Assembly (NCBI RefSeq): GCF_009834535.1
Contig: NC_045696.1
Span: 63,800,001-63,864,000 of the forward strand
Direction of reading: 5' to 3'
Origin: Camelus ferus
Lineage: Eukaryota
DNA length: 64,000 nucleotides
The notes under the pieces are model-generated. The model saw nothing but the letters and a program-made list of their open reading frames with translations, searched no databases and had not been told where the DNA came from. Below are positions 10,461 through 24,310 of this stretch, piece after piece; the first letter of the stretch is position 1; each line of letters opens with the position of its first letter. The translations under genes were made by a program, and so were the position numbers.

Positions 10461-13400
10461 TTTCTGCCCAACACGTGAAAGAAATTAGCTGCAGCGGGCG
10501 GGGCGTCAGGTGGAGGATGTGTGAGCCGCCGCTCAGCGTGACCCCAGTGTTTGGATTTCGGAGCTTTGAACAGCCTTGTGTTAAGAAACCTTGTCAGTGG
10601 AAAATGAACTGCGGCGGACTCTTTTTTCTTTTTCTTCCCCTTCTGTTCATTCTTTCTGAATGCACACTCCTTCTAGGCTGTTGCAAGATTTTGTACCATA
10701 ATGCGTGTTCTAATTTTCAGGAGCCACAATAAAAACCTCTCTTCCTTTTTTCTTTTATTAAGCGAGACACTCTTGAAGTTAACACATACAAATTAGATCA
10801 TTAAATCATTCCTTTTTCTAGGACCTATACTTCATATATCTCTTATAGAATTTTAAAATTCTTCTAACAGAGTTAAAATACATATTTTACATCTGAGATA
10901 TAACAAATATTAATGTCACTAACTTACGTTGATTCTTCTGTTTATCTCATTAATATATAACCAATATATATTAGCTAGAATTTCTGCAAGGGCTACAAAA
11001 AGAGCCTGAATAAAGACTTACAACATTTAAATGTAAAAGAACAACACTATTAAGTTCAAAAGCGATTAATACAATTTTGCTTTCTCGATGAATTTTCATC
11101 TTACTTTCATTCCCTCTCCAGCACTTTCACAATAAATGCTTTAATAAACTGTATTTGTTTTAAATGGCTTACACTACATTTTATAAAACCATCATAGCTT
11201 TTTGCTCTTATAATATTACTTTTAAAAACTAAATCAAACTTTTCTTCATTTTCACTCAGTCGGCAATCAATGTCAGCCCAGCAGAAAGGGATATGTAACT
11301 GTGTGGCTCTTGTCCGTTGAGGATAAACACGTGCTGAAAGTCCTGTTTTTCAACTTGTGTTTCATTCATTGAACTGATGACAATTGTTGTTTCCACGGGG
11401 TTTAGCACTTCACCACATCAGCGGTACAGGACTGGGCTTGGCAAAATGATTGATTGAGATTCTGTTTATTTTTTTTTTTTTCTTCTGAGGGTATTTGTGG
11501 ATTAAGAGGCAGTTCACAGCACAAGGAGGAGCTGCTGTGTACTCACCATGCTCTGCCACATTTGCTGCCCTGAGTAGGGTTTGAATTTGCAAATAGGCAG
11601 AACAGCCTTGGACCTGCTACCCTCCTAAGCAGAGGACCCAGAAAGAAGCAGCATCTCTTGTTCCTTGGGCCTGTGAGTGAAGAGGAGGATTCTGGGTCCT
11701 GCTCCCCGCTCCTTCTGCTGCCAAGAAGGAAACAGAGGGACCATCAGTTTCTGAGGTCACATCAAAGATGTCACAATGTACAGGCCCCACTGGGTCTCTG
11801 GGCACCACTCCATCTTCTTATAACCCTTTTGAAGTTCCAGGAGACCCCCATGAGCCCAGGAGCCATCAATTTATAAAGAAAATCACACAATGAAGTTAGC
11901 ATCAAATGCTTCAGAAAGGCACTGCCTACTGATTAGGTAACAACTGGAGAGAAGTTCGTGAATTTGTTGATTTCAATATTGACCCTGCTTCAGAGTGTGT
12001 AGGGGTTTGTGTGTGTGGCGTGGGGTGGGGGTGGGGGGAATTCAACAGTAGGTGTATAATAGCCCTATCATGTCATCTCTTAGTATAGCCTCATCCAGAT
12101 AACTGGGGGAGATTTTGCTGATCGTAAATCTCACTTTGCAGGTAGGAAGACTGAGGCCCAGAGGGGCTTGCTTCTCACCCAAGTTCATCTGGCAAGCCAG
12201 CCCAGAAGCCAGGTGTGCTGGCTCTGCACCAGGCTACATTCTGTGTTTGGATTAACTCCATCACCTCTGTCCCAGGCTGTATTAGATTCCTATGCTGCTG
12301 TTTTCACACCAAGGGATTGTGAGAAGGGTCATGGCCAATCTAAGCTTACTGAGATTTACAAAATCCATTTTTGCCCCTGGTAATATCCTGCTGACCGAGG
12401 CAGAGAGCTGTGAGGGTCATATGAATAATGGATGAGGAAGTGACTTGCAAAGTGATAGGTGATGTGCAATTAAGAAGCACAGTTTTCCCGCGCTTCCTAG
12501 GCCCCCTCACAAGGTTCCTGGCAGCCTCTCCCCATGCAGCTAATGCTGCTGACTCAGCTCTGCAGCCCGGGAGCCAGAAGCAGGGGCAGGCTGCGTGAGA
12601 GGGAGGATGGGGCGAGGCTGCATGGCCATTTGGGAACCAGAAACATTCTGATGAAGCCAGAAGGGGAAAAAAACAAAATAAAACAAAACACTGCTTTCTG
12701 TTTGTTCTCTTCCTAATTGCTAAATAATATCTACCACAGTTGTCCCCTCCCCCACGCCCCAGGGGCCCGGGAACGGGGTGGGGTGGGCTCAGGAGTGAGT
12801 AAGGGCCAGGATGCCGCTTGCACAGACTGCCAGGTGCACGAGGATGTTTTGGTACAGAGACACAGGAGCAGCTGGACCCCGATGGCCACACCACCGCCAC
12901 GGCTTTGTTCTGAGAGCAGGCTAAGGCCTGGGGCCCAGTGGACAAGCCAGCCCAGCTCTCTACGCCCCTGCCCCGTGAGCTCCCAGATCCTGAGCTATCA
13001 TCTCTTCTGTGTTTTAATAAGGAGCGCTTGCTGGGATGACCAGAACAAATCAGGAGACAAACGCAGCCACTGGAATAGAAATGGCTTAGAGTCTCAGAGG
13101 CCAGGCCAGCCCAGCAGGAAGCACCCTGGGTGGAGACCTGCATCCGTAACCGGCCTGCCGCGCGGGGAAGCCTGGACTCTGGCATCCTCTCTCGGGGCCT
13201 CTGTACGTAGAGACAATGCCTGTCCTGCCTCATTCCTGCAGCTGCTGGGGGGTCACTGGGAAAGGCAGTACCAGGAGTCATTAGGTGGGAGGATATTTTT
13301 ACTGATCTCCAACAAGCATCAAATGAGTTCCTTCTGTGTGCCATATACTGTGAGGGCACAGGGGATACAGAGACAAATAGGACGGCTCCTGCCCTGGAAG

Positions 13401-13619
13401 AGCTTTAAGCCTGAGACATGAGCAGAGGCCAGTGCCTGTGTGGGGGCCGCAGTTCGCCAACAGAGGGGAAGCCCTCTGGGGCAGAGGTACGGGCTTTATT
13501 TCTCCAAACCCGCAGATGGGGTGCTTCCAGGGAGAGGGAGGGCAGCTCAGCGGGACTGGAGGAGTCGGGGAGGCCCGAGGGTGAGGGATGGCAGGCTGGC
13601 TCGTCCACCTGTTGTAGTG

Positions 13620-13812
13620 ATTTTATTTCACATCCATATACAGGATCATTCTGAGAATTTCACTCATTTGATCCTTGAAAAATAGGTCCCATTGTTACCC
13701 CATCCCACGGATGAGGAGACGAAGGCACACAGAAGTTAAGATTCTTGCCCATCACACCATGAGCTAGAAAGGGGCAGAGAAGGGATTCCTCCCCAGGCTG
13801 TCTGGCTCCAAA
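13620..13812 (-). mobile_element. MIR SINE
   Basis: ccccatcccacggatgaggagacgaaggcacacagaagttaag...cttgccca...ccccaggctgtctggctcca. Confidence 0.7.
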
Positions 13813-15782
13813 TGAGCTCTGTATAAATGCCTGTGTGTATCGTCAGAAAAATCACAGCAGGCTGGAGACAGTCTCACAGAAGGAAAAGAGATCTTGCTAG
13901 TTTCATTCTGTTGTTCTAGTTTTCCTTAAAAAAAAAAAATCAAATAAATAGTTTAAAAATAAGTTACCAACACTGAGGGTGTGGACAAGCTTGTGTTCAG
14001 CCTGAAAGCTGCGATTCTGTCCCTGGGTCCATCGTGGTGGCTTGGCCAGGGCCAAGGTGCAGATAGTGGCTTGCTGAGGTCCTCCTGGCCTCTTAGTTTT
14101 CCGCCCTTCTTCCTCAGCCCAGCTCTGTGATCTCCTTTCCCTCAGTCTCACCCTTCTTGGCCTCATCATCTCTTCAAACACCGAATTCTGCCTCAGTCCG
14201 GAGCATCTGGGTCTAGGCATTAACTTACAGAGGGATGCTCTTCGAGGCAGAGGCCTGGGTTTTAGCCTTGGTTCTCCCAAGGAAGGTTATTTATTTCAGC
14301 ATCTCCTGCCAAAAGCAAAGGCAGGGAAGATCAGTCTCCTGGTCATCACTTGATCCAAGTGAAGAAGGTGAGCTGAAGGCCCAGGACAGAGTATGTAGCA
14401 GAGGAATGGTCCCAGCCAATGCAGCAGCCCCATTGCCTGGAGGGTGGCCCAGGGGCCCTTTGTTCATCTTCCTGCCAGGTCGGAAGCAGATTCACCCAGG
14501 GTCTGTAGAACAGAGCACCATTACTCTCTCCCCAGGGGAAAGGCTGGCCCCAGTGCAGAGATGGACTAGGCCATGACCGTGGGTGTCTGGTGCACTTCAT
14601 GGAGTGACTTCTGGAAGGCACTCAGCATGCTCCCTCTCACCATAGGGAGCGCCGTGAAGCAGGTCAGGGTGCCCAGCTCTGCCGTGGGCACCACCTGACA
14701 CTGGTACCACCCAGCCCCAAGCTGTGGCCAGAACCTGGCCAGCAGCCCAGAGACCTGGGACACAGCCACAGGCCACCACCATCTTTGGCCTGGATTGCCA
14801 CCAGTTTTTCTTCTTTTGCAGCCCCATGGGGTCCAGAGCCGGGCCAGACACTTAGGGCATGGAGCTCCGTCTGCATGGAGCCTCTCACCCGTCATGGGCC
14901 AGTTCCATAACACACGCAAACGCAGGAGAAAGCCAGCCACCCCGAGAAATCAGCAGGAGAGGGAGGGGCGCTGACCAGCCACAGCAATTACGAAACCGAG
15001 TCTCCACTTTACTTGTTCTACCTTTGCCTCTGAAGACATCGGAGAGAATAAGGAGATGAGAAGACTCCACTCTCACGTTTGAAACTGGGAACAGAAGGTC
15101 AGATTTGAAAAAGCCAGGGCAACCCGGCATTGTTCCTTCAGAAATCCTCGGTCCTCTTGTGGACAAACAGGACTTCAAGGCCCCTGGCAGACAGAGATAG
15201 GGGAGCCATTCAGGGCTGCATCTCCATCCTGGCTCTCGAATGACGCTCCCTTCAGCCCTCACCGCAGGCCCATGGGCACCGGAGGCCTGGCTCCTGACGT
15301 TCCTGCATCCCCGCCCTCGGCAAGGCTCTGCTCTCCTGCCAGGGTTCTCTGTCCAGACTCCAGGGCTAACGTCATGAAGACACTACTTCTACTTTGACCT
15401 TGCTGAAGGCATTGCCTGCTGCTTGGCAGCTGTGAGCTTTTCGGTCCTCTCTGCAGAGGCCTCAGAGATGGGCCAGGCTGAGGCAGAGATTAGCCTTTAC
15501 GCCATCAGGCTGCTTGGTGTCAAGATCACAGCCACGGAACCAGGTCCCACGCTGGGCTCTGAAGGAGCCCTGATGCTGGCTTGAGCCATGGGTCTTGGTA
15601 CTTACAGAACAACTAGAAATCCAACAAGGCACAGCTCCGAAATCACCACCTCCGTGAACCCTCTTCCAGTCACCCAAACCACCAGCAGGGTCAAGTCTCT
15701 CTCTCTCTCTCTTTTCCCCCTGTGCCCTTTGAACTCTTGTGGCCCTTCTAAGTCTGCTTTGTATTAAAGTTAGGTGTTTGCT

Positions 15783-16129
15783 TGTCCAATTCTGACACCA
15801 ATTCTAACGTGTGGGCTTTTCCCCCGACACCATCGAGCAATTCTCAGACACCAGCTGGATGGCCTACAATTCAACTCAAGTCTCATGTTGTCATCTCAGA
15901 GATAGCATCAGATCCCACAGGTTCAGGGCTCAACCCCACGAGAATGTCCCCACTTCAGATGCCAGTCTTAAGCCCAGGTTGTTACATATGCTTCTGACCA
16001 ACTGGTTGTAACATAACAAAGGTCACTTTTATCACTCCTGTCACAGGAAATTCCAAGGGGCTTAGGAGCTCCATTCCAGGAACCGGGATGAAGACCAAAT
16101 CTATATTTATTATAAATCACAACATCACA
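15783..16129 (-). mobile_element. MER21-family LTR (solo, internally deleted)
   Basis: Minus strand begins tgtgatgttgtgatttataataaatatagatttggtcttcatcccggttcctggaatggagctcctaagccccttggaatttcctg, like the MER21-type LTR start. Confidence 0.7.
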
Positions 16130-16289
16130 GCATATATGCCTCCCCCAAAGATTGTGAGCTCCTTGAGGTCTAGGCTCAGAGTAGACACTGAGTAAATATT
16201 AAATGATTAGGTTAGTAAAAGAACCAGTGCTGTAAATGCCACATTTTGCTGATCTTCTGGACACTTACGTGGGGAAAACCTCCTTTTCT

Positions 16290-17020
16290 TTATTCAACAA
16301 ATTCGTATTGAGTCCTACAATATGTAAAGCATCATTCTCGGTTAGAGAAGGAAATGAAGCAAACTAAAATGCATATTCTCCTGGAATTTATAGTTTAGAA
16401 AAGAAGAACAAACAATCTGGGGGAGGAAAACACCAAGCAAAACAAGTGTGTAAAATAGGTAGACTGAGAGATGGCAACAACTGGTGGAGAAACAAGCGAT
16501 GGAGAAAAATAAAGCAGGAAAGAGAGAGAAAGCTGGGGTAGGGGCAGGGCATGGGCTGGACTTTTCTCTGTGGAGGCCAGGGATGTCAATACTGAGAAAG
16601 TAGCATTTGAGAAAGTAGCATTTGAGAAAATACCTGAAAGACATGAGAGAGTGAGCCACATGGACATTGAGACAGAGGGAAGAGGATGTGCAAAGGCCCA
16701 GAGGTAGGAATGTGCCTGGCATTTTCAAGGAACATCCAGGAGTTCTGTGTAACTGGGGCAGAGTAGGTGAAAGAGACAGCAGTGGGTGATAAGACCAGAG
16801 AGATAATGAGGACACAGATCACGTAGGTCCTGGTGGGCATCATTAGTAGAATAGAAAGCCATTGAAGACGAGTTTTAAGAACAGTGTGATCCAATTTCAG
16901 TTTTAACAGGATTACTCAGGCTACTGTGTGGAGAGTTGACTGCAGTAGGTGGGGCAGTGCAGAAAGCTAGAAGGCTAGTTAGGAAGGTGTTGCAATAATC
17001 TGGGTGAACGTTAACAGTGA
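16290..17020 (-). mobile_element. L2 LINE 3' region (resumes after the MLT1 LTR)
   Basis: ttattcaacaaattcgtattgagtcctac (L2 tail); tgcaaaggcccagaggtaggaatgtgcctgg; ttttaacaggattactcaggct. Contains a 15-bp tandem duplication at 16593-16629. Confidence 0.8.
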
Positions 17021-17024
17021 GTTG

Positions 17025-17448
17025 AGAGATGGTCACATCTTAACCTCCAGAACCCGTGAATCTTACTTTATACAAGAAAAGAGACTTTGCACATCTGATT
17101 AAGGACCTTGAGATGGGAAGATTATCCTGGATGAGCTAGGTGTGATCTCAGCGGTTCTTACAAGAGGAACACAGAGTCAGGGGAGAAGGTGATGTGTTTA
17201 TGGAAGCGGAGATGAAAGTGATGTGTCCACAAGACGAGGGATGCCGACAGCATCTGGAAGTGGGAAGAAGCAAGGAGCAGATTCTCCCAGCAGCCTCCAG
17301 AAGGAACCAGCTTGGCTGACACTTTGGTTTTAGCCCCATAAGACTCATTTCAGACTTCTGACCTCCAGAGGTACGAGAGACTAGATTTGTGTCTGTAAGT
17401 CATGACATTTATAGTAATTCATTAGAGCAGCAAAGGGAAACGAATGCA
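17025..17448 (+). mobile_element. MLT1 (MLT1D-like) MaLR solo LTR
   Basis: gactttgcacatctgattaaggaccttgagatgggaagattatcctggat...gcctccagaaggaaccagc...cagacttctgacctccaga...gcagcaaagggaaacgaatgca. Confidence 0.85.
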
Positions 17449-17559
17449 GTTGGACATATAAAATCGAAAGCATATTGTTTAAAGCTATAGGAACAATGAG
17501 ATGCCCAAGGGGACAATTACAGAGAGACAACAGAGATCCAAACATGGAGACCTGGAGCA

Positions 17560-17640
17560 TCTGAACCACTTTGCTGTACACCCAAAACTAACACAACACT
17601 GTAAATCAACTATACTTCAATTAATTTTTTTTTTTTTTTA
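17560..17640 (+). mobile_element. Very short cetartiodactyl-type L1 3' end
   Basis: ctgaaccactttgctgtacacccaaaactaacacaacactgtaaatcaactatacttcaatt. Confidence 0.75.
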
Positions 17641-18967
17641 CTTTGAGGAATCAAATTTGATGATGGGGTGGGCAAGCAAATTTTTATGATATCTAGCAGG
17701 TCAGGGAAGGAAAGAAATAGGGTGATAGTCCAAGGGGCATTTGAGATCCTATTTATGACAATGATCTAAAAGGCAAGGGAAAGTTGAGGATGCAGGAGAG
17801 GAAAATGCCTGGAGTAATGTCCTCGGGTAGATGAGACAGGTGGGATCCAGTTGTTCCAGCCCAGACTGCATAGACCTGGAGGGCCTCTCCTCTCTCTGCA
17901 TTTGTGATCAACCCAACTCCACCCGCATCCTTAGGTCCTTGAAGCACCTTCCTGCCCCGACCCCACCAGGGATCACCCACTTCTGTGAGTCTCCAGCTGC
18001 TTGTCTCTAGCCCAATGAGCTTGCAGGCCAGTGGTGGTCCACCTGGGAGGCGGCAGAGTTGTTAGAAGAAAGGCCACTTGGTAGTCAAGGCCCTGCCTTA
18101 CCTCTACCCACCTCTGAGAATCCCCTGCTGGAGAAAAGCCTGAGAATGTTCTGGAAAAACTCCACACTTTGACATGTTCTGAGAGTTGGTACATTCTGAA
18201 AAGCCCAGCTCCACCTAAGAAAGACACTTCAACATGTCTTTTATGGTCCAGCATGACAAACAGGCTGTCATCTTCCATTTTTCCCCTACTTTTAATGACA
18301 TCAAGTTGTTAGTTTCCAGTTTCCTTAATTACACCCAGAATGTTTCCCCTGCATTTTATAAATTCCTTCCTATCAATGACATCCAGCATTCTTCACTGCC
18401 TCTCACCCCATATTAGGTGACGTCTCATGTAGGGGTTCGACAGCTGCTGGGTTCCCCTGTAAGAACGGCCTGTCAGTGAACACGCACATGTTCTTATGTT
18501 TTCATAATCGTATGCACTGTATATTTTAAGTTATGCATAGTCAATACCTCTGTGTTGGGTCTTGTTATATAACAAATGTAAGATGAATTAGGACAGTAAG
18601 ATGACAATTTGTGATGTGCACAGTTACTATCAGTTTCATAGTGGTTCTATTTGCTATTGCTGTTTCTCCTTATGTGGGAGATGTGGTAAGAACGATTCTA
18701 GGAAAGATTTGTACAAATTTAAATGGACTTTATAGAAGACTATCTTTGAAAGAAACTTTAAGCTGGTAATGATATGTTCTCTAAACATTTTAAAGAACTT
18801 TTTGGGTTTTTATCCTCATCAAACACAACTCTCATCCTAGGATACAAATCATAGTCGTGAATAGTTTGTTTCTATCTTTATTGAATTTGTAGAGGATGCC
18901 CTATCATGAAAGAGAGCTGACTAGACTTTCCAGCAGGTCAGAGGGGAAACTGGAAGAAGAACCCTGA

Positions 18968-19131
18968 GGGGAGGGTGTAGCTCAGTGGTGGAGTGTATGC
19001 ATGCTTAGCACACACAAGGTCCCGGGTTCCATCTCCAGTACCTCTATTAAAAAAAATAAAAATAAAAAAAAGAAAGTAAACCTCAACACAGGTACAATTT
19101 ATTTTTTAAAAAAGAAAGAAAAAGAAGAATT
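18968..19131 (+). mobile_element. Camelid tRNA-derived SINE (Vic-1 type)
   Basis: A box tagctcagtggtgg, B-box-like gggttccatctcc, A-rich tail; target-site duplication (TSD) agaaccctga at 18958-18967 and 19132-19141. Confidence 0.85.
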
Positions 19132-20519
19132 AGAACCCTGATGTCCTAACCCTCAGTGGAAGCGCTGTGCAAAAAAGTACTTTTACGCACTTTGGAGTGG
19201 GGAGTGGGGAGTGGGGGCGGTGGCTTTTGTGACTGCAACAGCCTTTGCAGTTTTATCCGGGATGTTCATCATCACTAGACTTCTCGGGGCTGCAGGTTTA
19301 GGCTTTGGTATGCATATATTTCCACAAAAACTAGGAATCTTTTCTGCTTTTGAGAACATACAGAGAAGTCGGGACCCTGTAAATCTGCACAGTGGCAGTA
19401 TGCATTTCTTTCAAGTGTGCTACTGCTTAGAGTAAGTTAAGACGGAATGGTAGAGGTGATCTCTTTTCAGCTCCCTTATTTCATACATGCTGGAACCAAG
19501 ACGCAGAGAAGGGGAGGACTACCCGTAGCTCATGCAACAAGTCTGAAACAGCGTGTGTTCGGACCTTTAAACCCCTGGGCTGCTTCTGTCTCCATCCTCC
19601 CCTGACCCTCACTGCAGCCTTTCCTGATTGTAAACAGTCACTGAACTTTTGATCAAGGCCTCATGGCCCTGGGACTGTGCTGCCAAATTAAAAAAAAAAA
19701 AAAAAAGTCTTCTCTTCTGGCTCTCCCCAGTCACACCAGATCAGAAAATACCATGCTCTTACTTGGGAGTGTAAACCACTCAAGCTGAAACGCAGCCTTG
19801 TATATTGGCAGGGGTGGGTGGGGAGAGGGGTAGAGGGGGGAACAGATAAACAATAACCACCTGAACTAGAGATCGATGTCCTCTACAGGAAACTAGTCCT
19901 TGTGATGCTCTTTACTCACTGGGTGACCTTGACCAGTCCCACTGGTCCCTAGATCAAGTTTCACTGCCCACAAGATGAGACCTTTTGACAAATAGTCCTT
20001 AGTGCTCTGTGTCCAGGGCTCCTTCAGTCAAAGAATGTTCTGCCTTTGTTCTTGGTTTCTTCTTCCACCGTAACCAAGAGAAGACAAGATATTCTCTGGG
20101 CCACATGCAGAAACTTCAGTGCCCTGGGAGTTATTAAAATCCACACATGCTGAGCCCTCCCATAGAGAACAAGAAGTCTTTCCCTGATACACGCAACTGT
20201 CAGGGAGGGAGGGCTTTTATGGTTGTACAGTCTGGAGGCAAAATCCTATGTGTCACAAAAGCCCTTATGGAAAGGGCAGGCACCCTCATGCTCCGGTCTC
20301 AGTAGCAGCATCTTTGGATGGACCCTCCGCAAACAATGTCTGTTTTGAGTGAAACAGTAGCTCCTCATAGTCATCTCTGGCTAAGAGGTCTGTGTGTCTT
20401 GAAAGTTAAAAACCGTAGGTATTTAGGGACTAGTCCTTTCTCTTAATCCATAAGGCCCTTCTACTTGTATCCTTTTCGGTCTAATTCCACAGAGTTCTGT
20501 TCATTTGTAGATTCAGTCC

Positions 20520-20760
20520 TCTATTTATTCATTCAACAAATAATTCTTAGCTCCTGTACATACCAATCACTCTGCTAGACACCAGGGCTGCTGACAAGGA
20601 TTTTGCCCCCGTGGAAAACGAAAAACTGGGGGAGACTGCAAAGAAGCAACACAGATATATGTGTGACTACAAACTGTTTAAAGTGCTCTGAAGTAAAAAA
20701 GAGCAAGGCAAACGTAATAGGTGTGACTAATCACGAGACAACAAGGAAGTGACATCTTAC
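20520..20760 (-). mobile_element. L2 LINE 3' tail fragment
   Basis: atttattcattcaacaaataatt...cactctgctagacaccaggg. Confidence 0.55.
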
Positions 20761-21239
20761 GCTGAGATAGGTCTTCACAAGGATATTCGGTGCCCATTGG
20801 TATCAGACAGATCTCATTTTTCTGTTAACCTGGAAAGAGGGATTCTGGCAGAGGGTGATGAGTGTAACAGAGCAATGGTTTCATGTGCTCTGACACCACT
20901 TTTACTTCCTAGATGTAGGAGAGAAAATTAGAAGACTAAGTCTGTCCAATGTGGAATTGCTTCCATTTGGGACTTTGTGGCCAGGAAAAAAATAATATAC
21001 ATATGCAATAAAGCAGCTAGTTATCTCTTTATTGTACATTTTGGCCAGTTTCTAGTTAATCCTCATAAACCTTCTCAGTTAAATCACTCAGTCAGCCAAG
21101 GCTGAGTGCCACATGACTTCTTGCTCTGAGCTAAGGGGACTTGTTGAAGAATATGTGATAGTTTAAGAGAAATTGGACCCTTTCACTCTGCAACATGTGG
21201 AGGGCTAATGTTGCAAAGATTAAAACCACATGGGGATTT

Positions 21240-24200
21240 CTGTTTCTGGCCACAACAGAGAAACTGGCACACAACTTATCTCCCTGCTTTAAACAACTAC
21301 AAACAGGGACAAAACATATGAGGTAGATGTTTTCAGACACTGAACAACAGGCAGTTGGACACTGTGATTTTGGAGGAAGAGGGTCTTGTGGTCACCCCAG
21401 CTTTCTGCCCAGGGGACTTCCCTGTGACAGTGGAGACAGAGCCCAAGCTGAGTAGTGCTCTCTCACAGCAGAGGTGGCAGAGCTCAGAGCTCCAGGCTAC
21501 AGAAGAGGCTGGAATTTATGGGGCAGGATATCAGAGAAGAAAAAGCTTCACAAAAACACAAGCCCTTGTAGTCTTCATGGGGACTGACTGTGAGTCTGTG
21601 GCTGAGAACTGAGCGGGACATACACAACTAAGAACCCAGAGACACCAGTGGTCCTGCAGCAGTGACAGACATTGGACTTCTGGCCCGAGAGGAGTGGAAA
21701 CACTGTCTAAATTACCTTAAGGATTCAGCGGAGCCCTCAATGTCTATGCCTTCATAGTAAAAACCATGACCGAGAATTAGGGCGATGCGAAAATGAGGCT
21801 CAAAACCAAAACAGACTCTCCTCTCTCAACAAAGAAAAGAAACAGGCCTGACAGGACCAAAAAGATCTTCTAATTGTTTAACTGCCTTCCAAAACAAAAT
21901 CCAATGCCCTTCAAAGGAAGATGTCATAATCTGGATTCCCTACATTTTATTATCCATATTGAGGATCATAGAATCAAACATTACCAGACACGTGAAGAAG
22001 TAGGAAAAAGCAACCCAGCCACAATCAAGAGGAAAAAAAATGAATTGATAGCAATGGACCCTGAGGTCATAGAGATGTTAGGATTAGCAGACAGATTTTA
22101 CATTGAAAGCAGCTATTATTAATGTATTTGATGGCTTAAAGAAAAATATAGGAAATCTCAGCAGAGAAATGGAAATCATTAAAAAAGAATCAAGTGGAAA
22201 TTCTGAAAATGAAAAGTCTAACGTGTAGGATAAAAAACTTTACTGGATGGCCTTAAGAGTAGATTGGAAACTACATGAGAAAGAGCTAATAAAATTGAAG
22301 ATACATCAGTAGAAATTATCCAATTTGAAACAGATAAAAGAGGGTAAAAGAAACAGAAAAGGCCTCTGTGACCTGTGGGAAAATACCAGGCAGCTAACAT
22401 ATACATAATTAGAGTCCTGGAGGGTAGAATAAAGACATGAGGCTGAAAAAATAAATTGAAGAAAAAATACCTGGATCATTCCCTAAAGTTAGTGAAAAAC
22501 ATTAAAATACAAAAGCATTAAAATACAGATCCAAAATATTCTGTAAAAATGTTTGTTAAATATATGTAGAATCATATTTAGGCACACCATGATCAAAATG
22601 CTGAAAATAAATAATACAGAGGAGAAATCTTAAAAGTAGCTAAAGAACATAGGGACACATATACACGAGAAATGGTTAGATGAGTGACAGCTGAATTCTT
22701 CAGAAACCATGAAAGCCAAAGACAAGGAAAGAGATGTTTAAAGTGCAGAAGGGAAAAGATGAGATAAATCCAATTATCCCTGAAGTCTATAGCTGGCAAA
22801 AATATCAACATTAGAGACAAAATAAAGACATTTTCACCAAACAAAAGATGGGTGAATTTGCCATCAGCAGAAGTAGGCTGCAAAAAATATTAAAGTACTT
22901 CCTGCAGGAGGATAAAGATAACAGATAGAAATTCAGGTCTAAACAAATTAATGAAAAGTATCATACATAACCAATGTGTGGGTAAATATGAAAGACTATT
23001 TTTCTTGTTTTGTTTAATTATTTAAAAGATTACGGACTATTTAAACAAAAATATGGTGGTTATCATATATAGTAAAGTAAAATGTATATCAACTTTAGCA
23101 CAAAGAATGGAAAGGGAAAAACTGAGGTATATTGATGTAAAATTCTGACCTTATATAAACTGAAAGTAGATTGTGATAAATGAAATGTATATACTGTATA
23201 ATTTAGAAAAATTGCTAAAAATAGAATAAGTAGGTATAGACAATAGTGAATATAAAGTGTAATACAAAATTTAATAAATTTGATTCAAAAGAAGATAAGA
23301 AAAGGGAAAAAAGGAGTAAAGAAAAATGGGGACAATAGAAAATAAATAGCAAGGTGGTAGACTTAAATCCAACCAACTCAATAATTATATTAAATATAAA
23401 TGGTCTAAATACACCACTTCAGAGTCAGAGCTTGTTGGAATAGAGTTTTTTTTTTTTTAAAAGGCAACATCCATCTACATACTGTCTACAAGATGTTCAC
23501 TTTCAATATAAAGTAAAGATATACTATGAAAAACACCAAGTATAAGAAAGCTGAAGTGGCTATTTTGATATCAGAAAATGTAGACATTAAGACTAGGAAA
23601 ATGATGGATGTTTTATAATGAGAAAAGAGTCAATTTATCAAGAAGATCTAACAATCCTAAATGTATATGCACATAAAAACAAAGCTTGGGGTGGGTGTAG
23701 GGTGGAGCTCAATGTAGAGCACATGCTTAGCATGCATGAGGTCCTGGGTTCAATCCCCAGTACTTCTACTAACAAAAACAAAAACAAAACAAACAAACAA
23801 GAAAAAAGAAAACAAACAAATACCCCCACAAAGCTTCAAAATACATGAAGCAAAACTGACAGAATTGAAAAAAGAAATAGACAAACTCAGCACCACTCTC
23901 TCAGTAATTAGAAGAACAAGTAGACAAAAAATTAGATAGGATGTAAGAAAATGTGAACAACATTTCACCAAATTGACCTAACCGCTGTTTATAGAACACC
24001 ATACCCCAAAACAGAAAACACATTGTTTTCCCATTCATATGTAACATTCACCAAGATACATCATATTCTTGGCCATAAAACATGTTTCACTAAATTTAAA
24101 AGGTGTAAAATCATTCAGAATACATTATCTGACCACAATGGAAATAAGCTAGAAATCAATAACAAAAATATACCTGGAAATTTCCCAAATGTTTGAGAAT

Positions 24201-24310
24201 TAAGCAACACAATTCTAAACAAGACAGGAATCACAGAAGAAACCAAAGGAGAAACGAAAAAATATTTTGATCTAAATGATATTTAAAAACACATGTCAAA
24301 ATTTGTGAGG
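21240..24310 (+). mobile_element. Old L1M element: 5' region, ORF1 remnant and ORF2 endonuclease remnant (pseudogenised)
   Basis: ORF1-like text at 22000-22900; ORF2 endonuclease peptide IYQEDLTILNVYA and, after the SINE, KLTELKKEIDK; ttatctgaccacaatggaa (SDHNG motif); many stops and frameshifts. Confidence 0.85.
23688..23827 (+). mobile_element. Camelid Vic-1-type SINE inserted in L1 ORF2
   Basis: catgcttagcatgcatgaggtcctgggttcaatccccagtac; TSD acaaagctt at 23679-23687 and 23828-23836. Confidence 0.9.

Noticed and set aside
12346..13421. 337-aa (-) and 234-aa (+) overlapping ORFs
   Set aside because: No recognisable homology; GC-rich stop-poor region that includes a simple A-rich tract and an L2-like tail.
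16593..16629. Short tandem duplications (also about 26872, 47214, 49731)
   Set aside because: Ordinary slippage duplications with no sign of function.
18968..19045. tRNA-like genes (also 23688, 27364, 52757, 54012)
   Set aside because: A/B boxes are followed by A-rich tails and, in three cases, flanked by clear TSDs; these are SINE heads, not tRNA genes.
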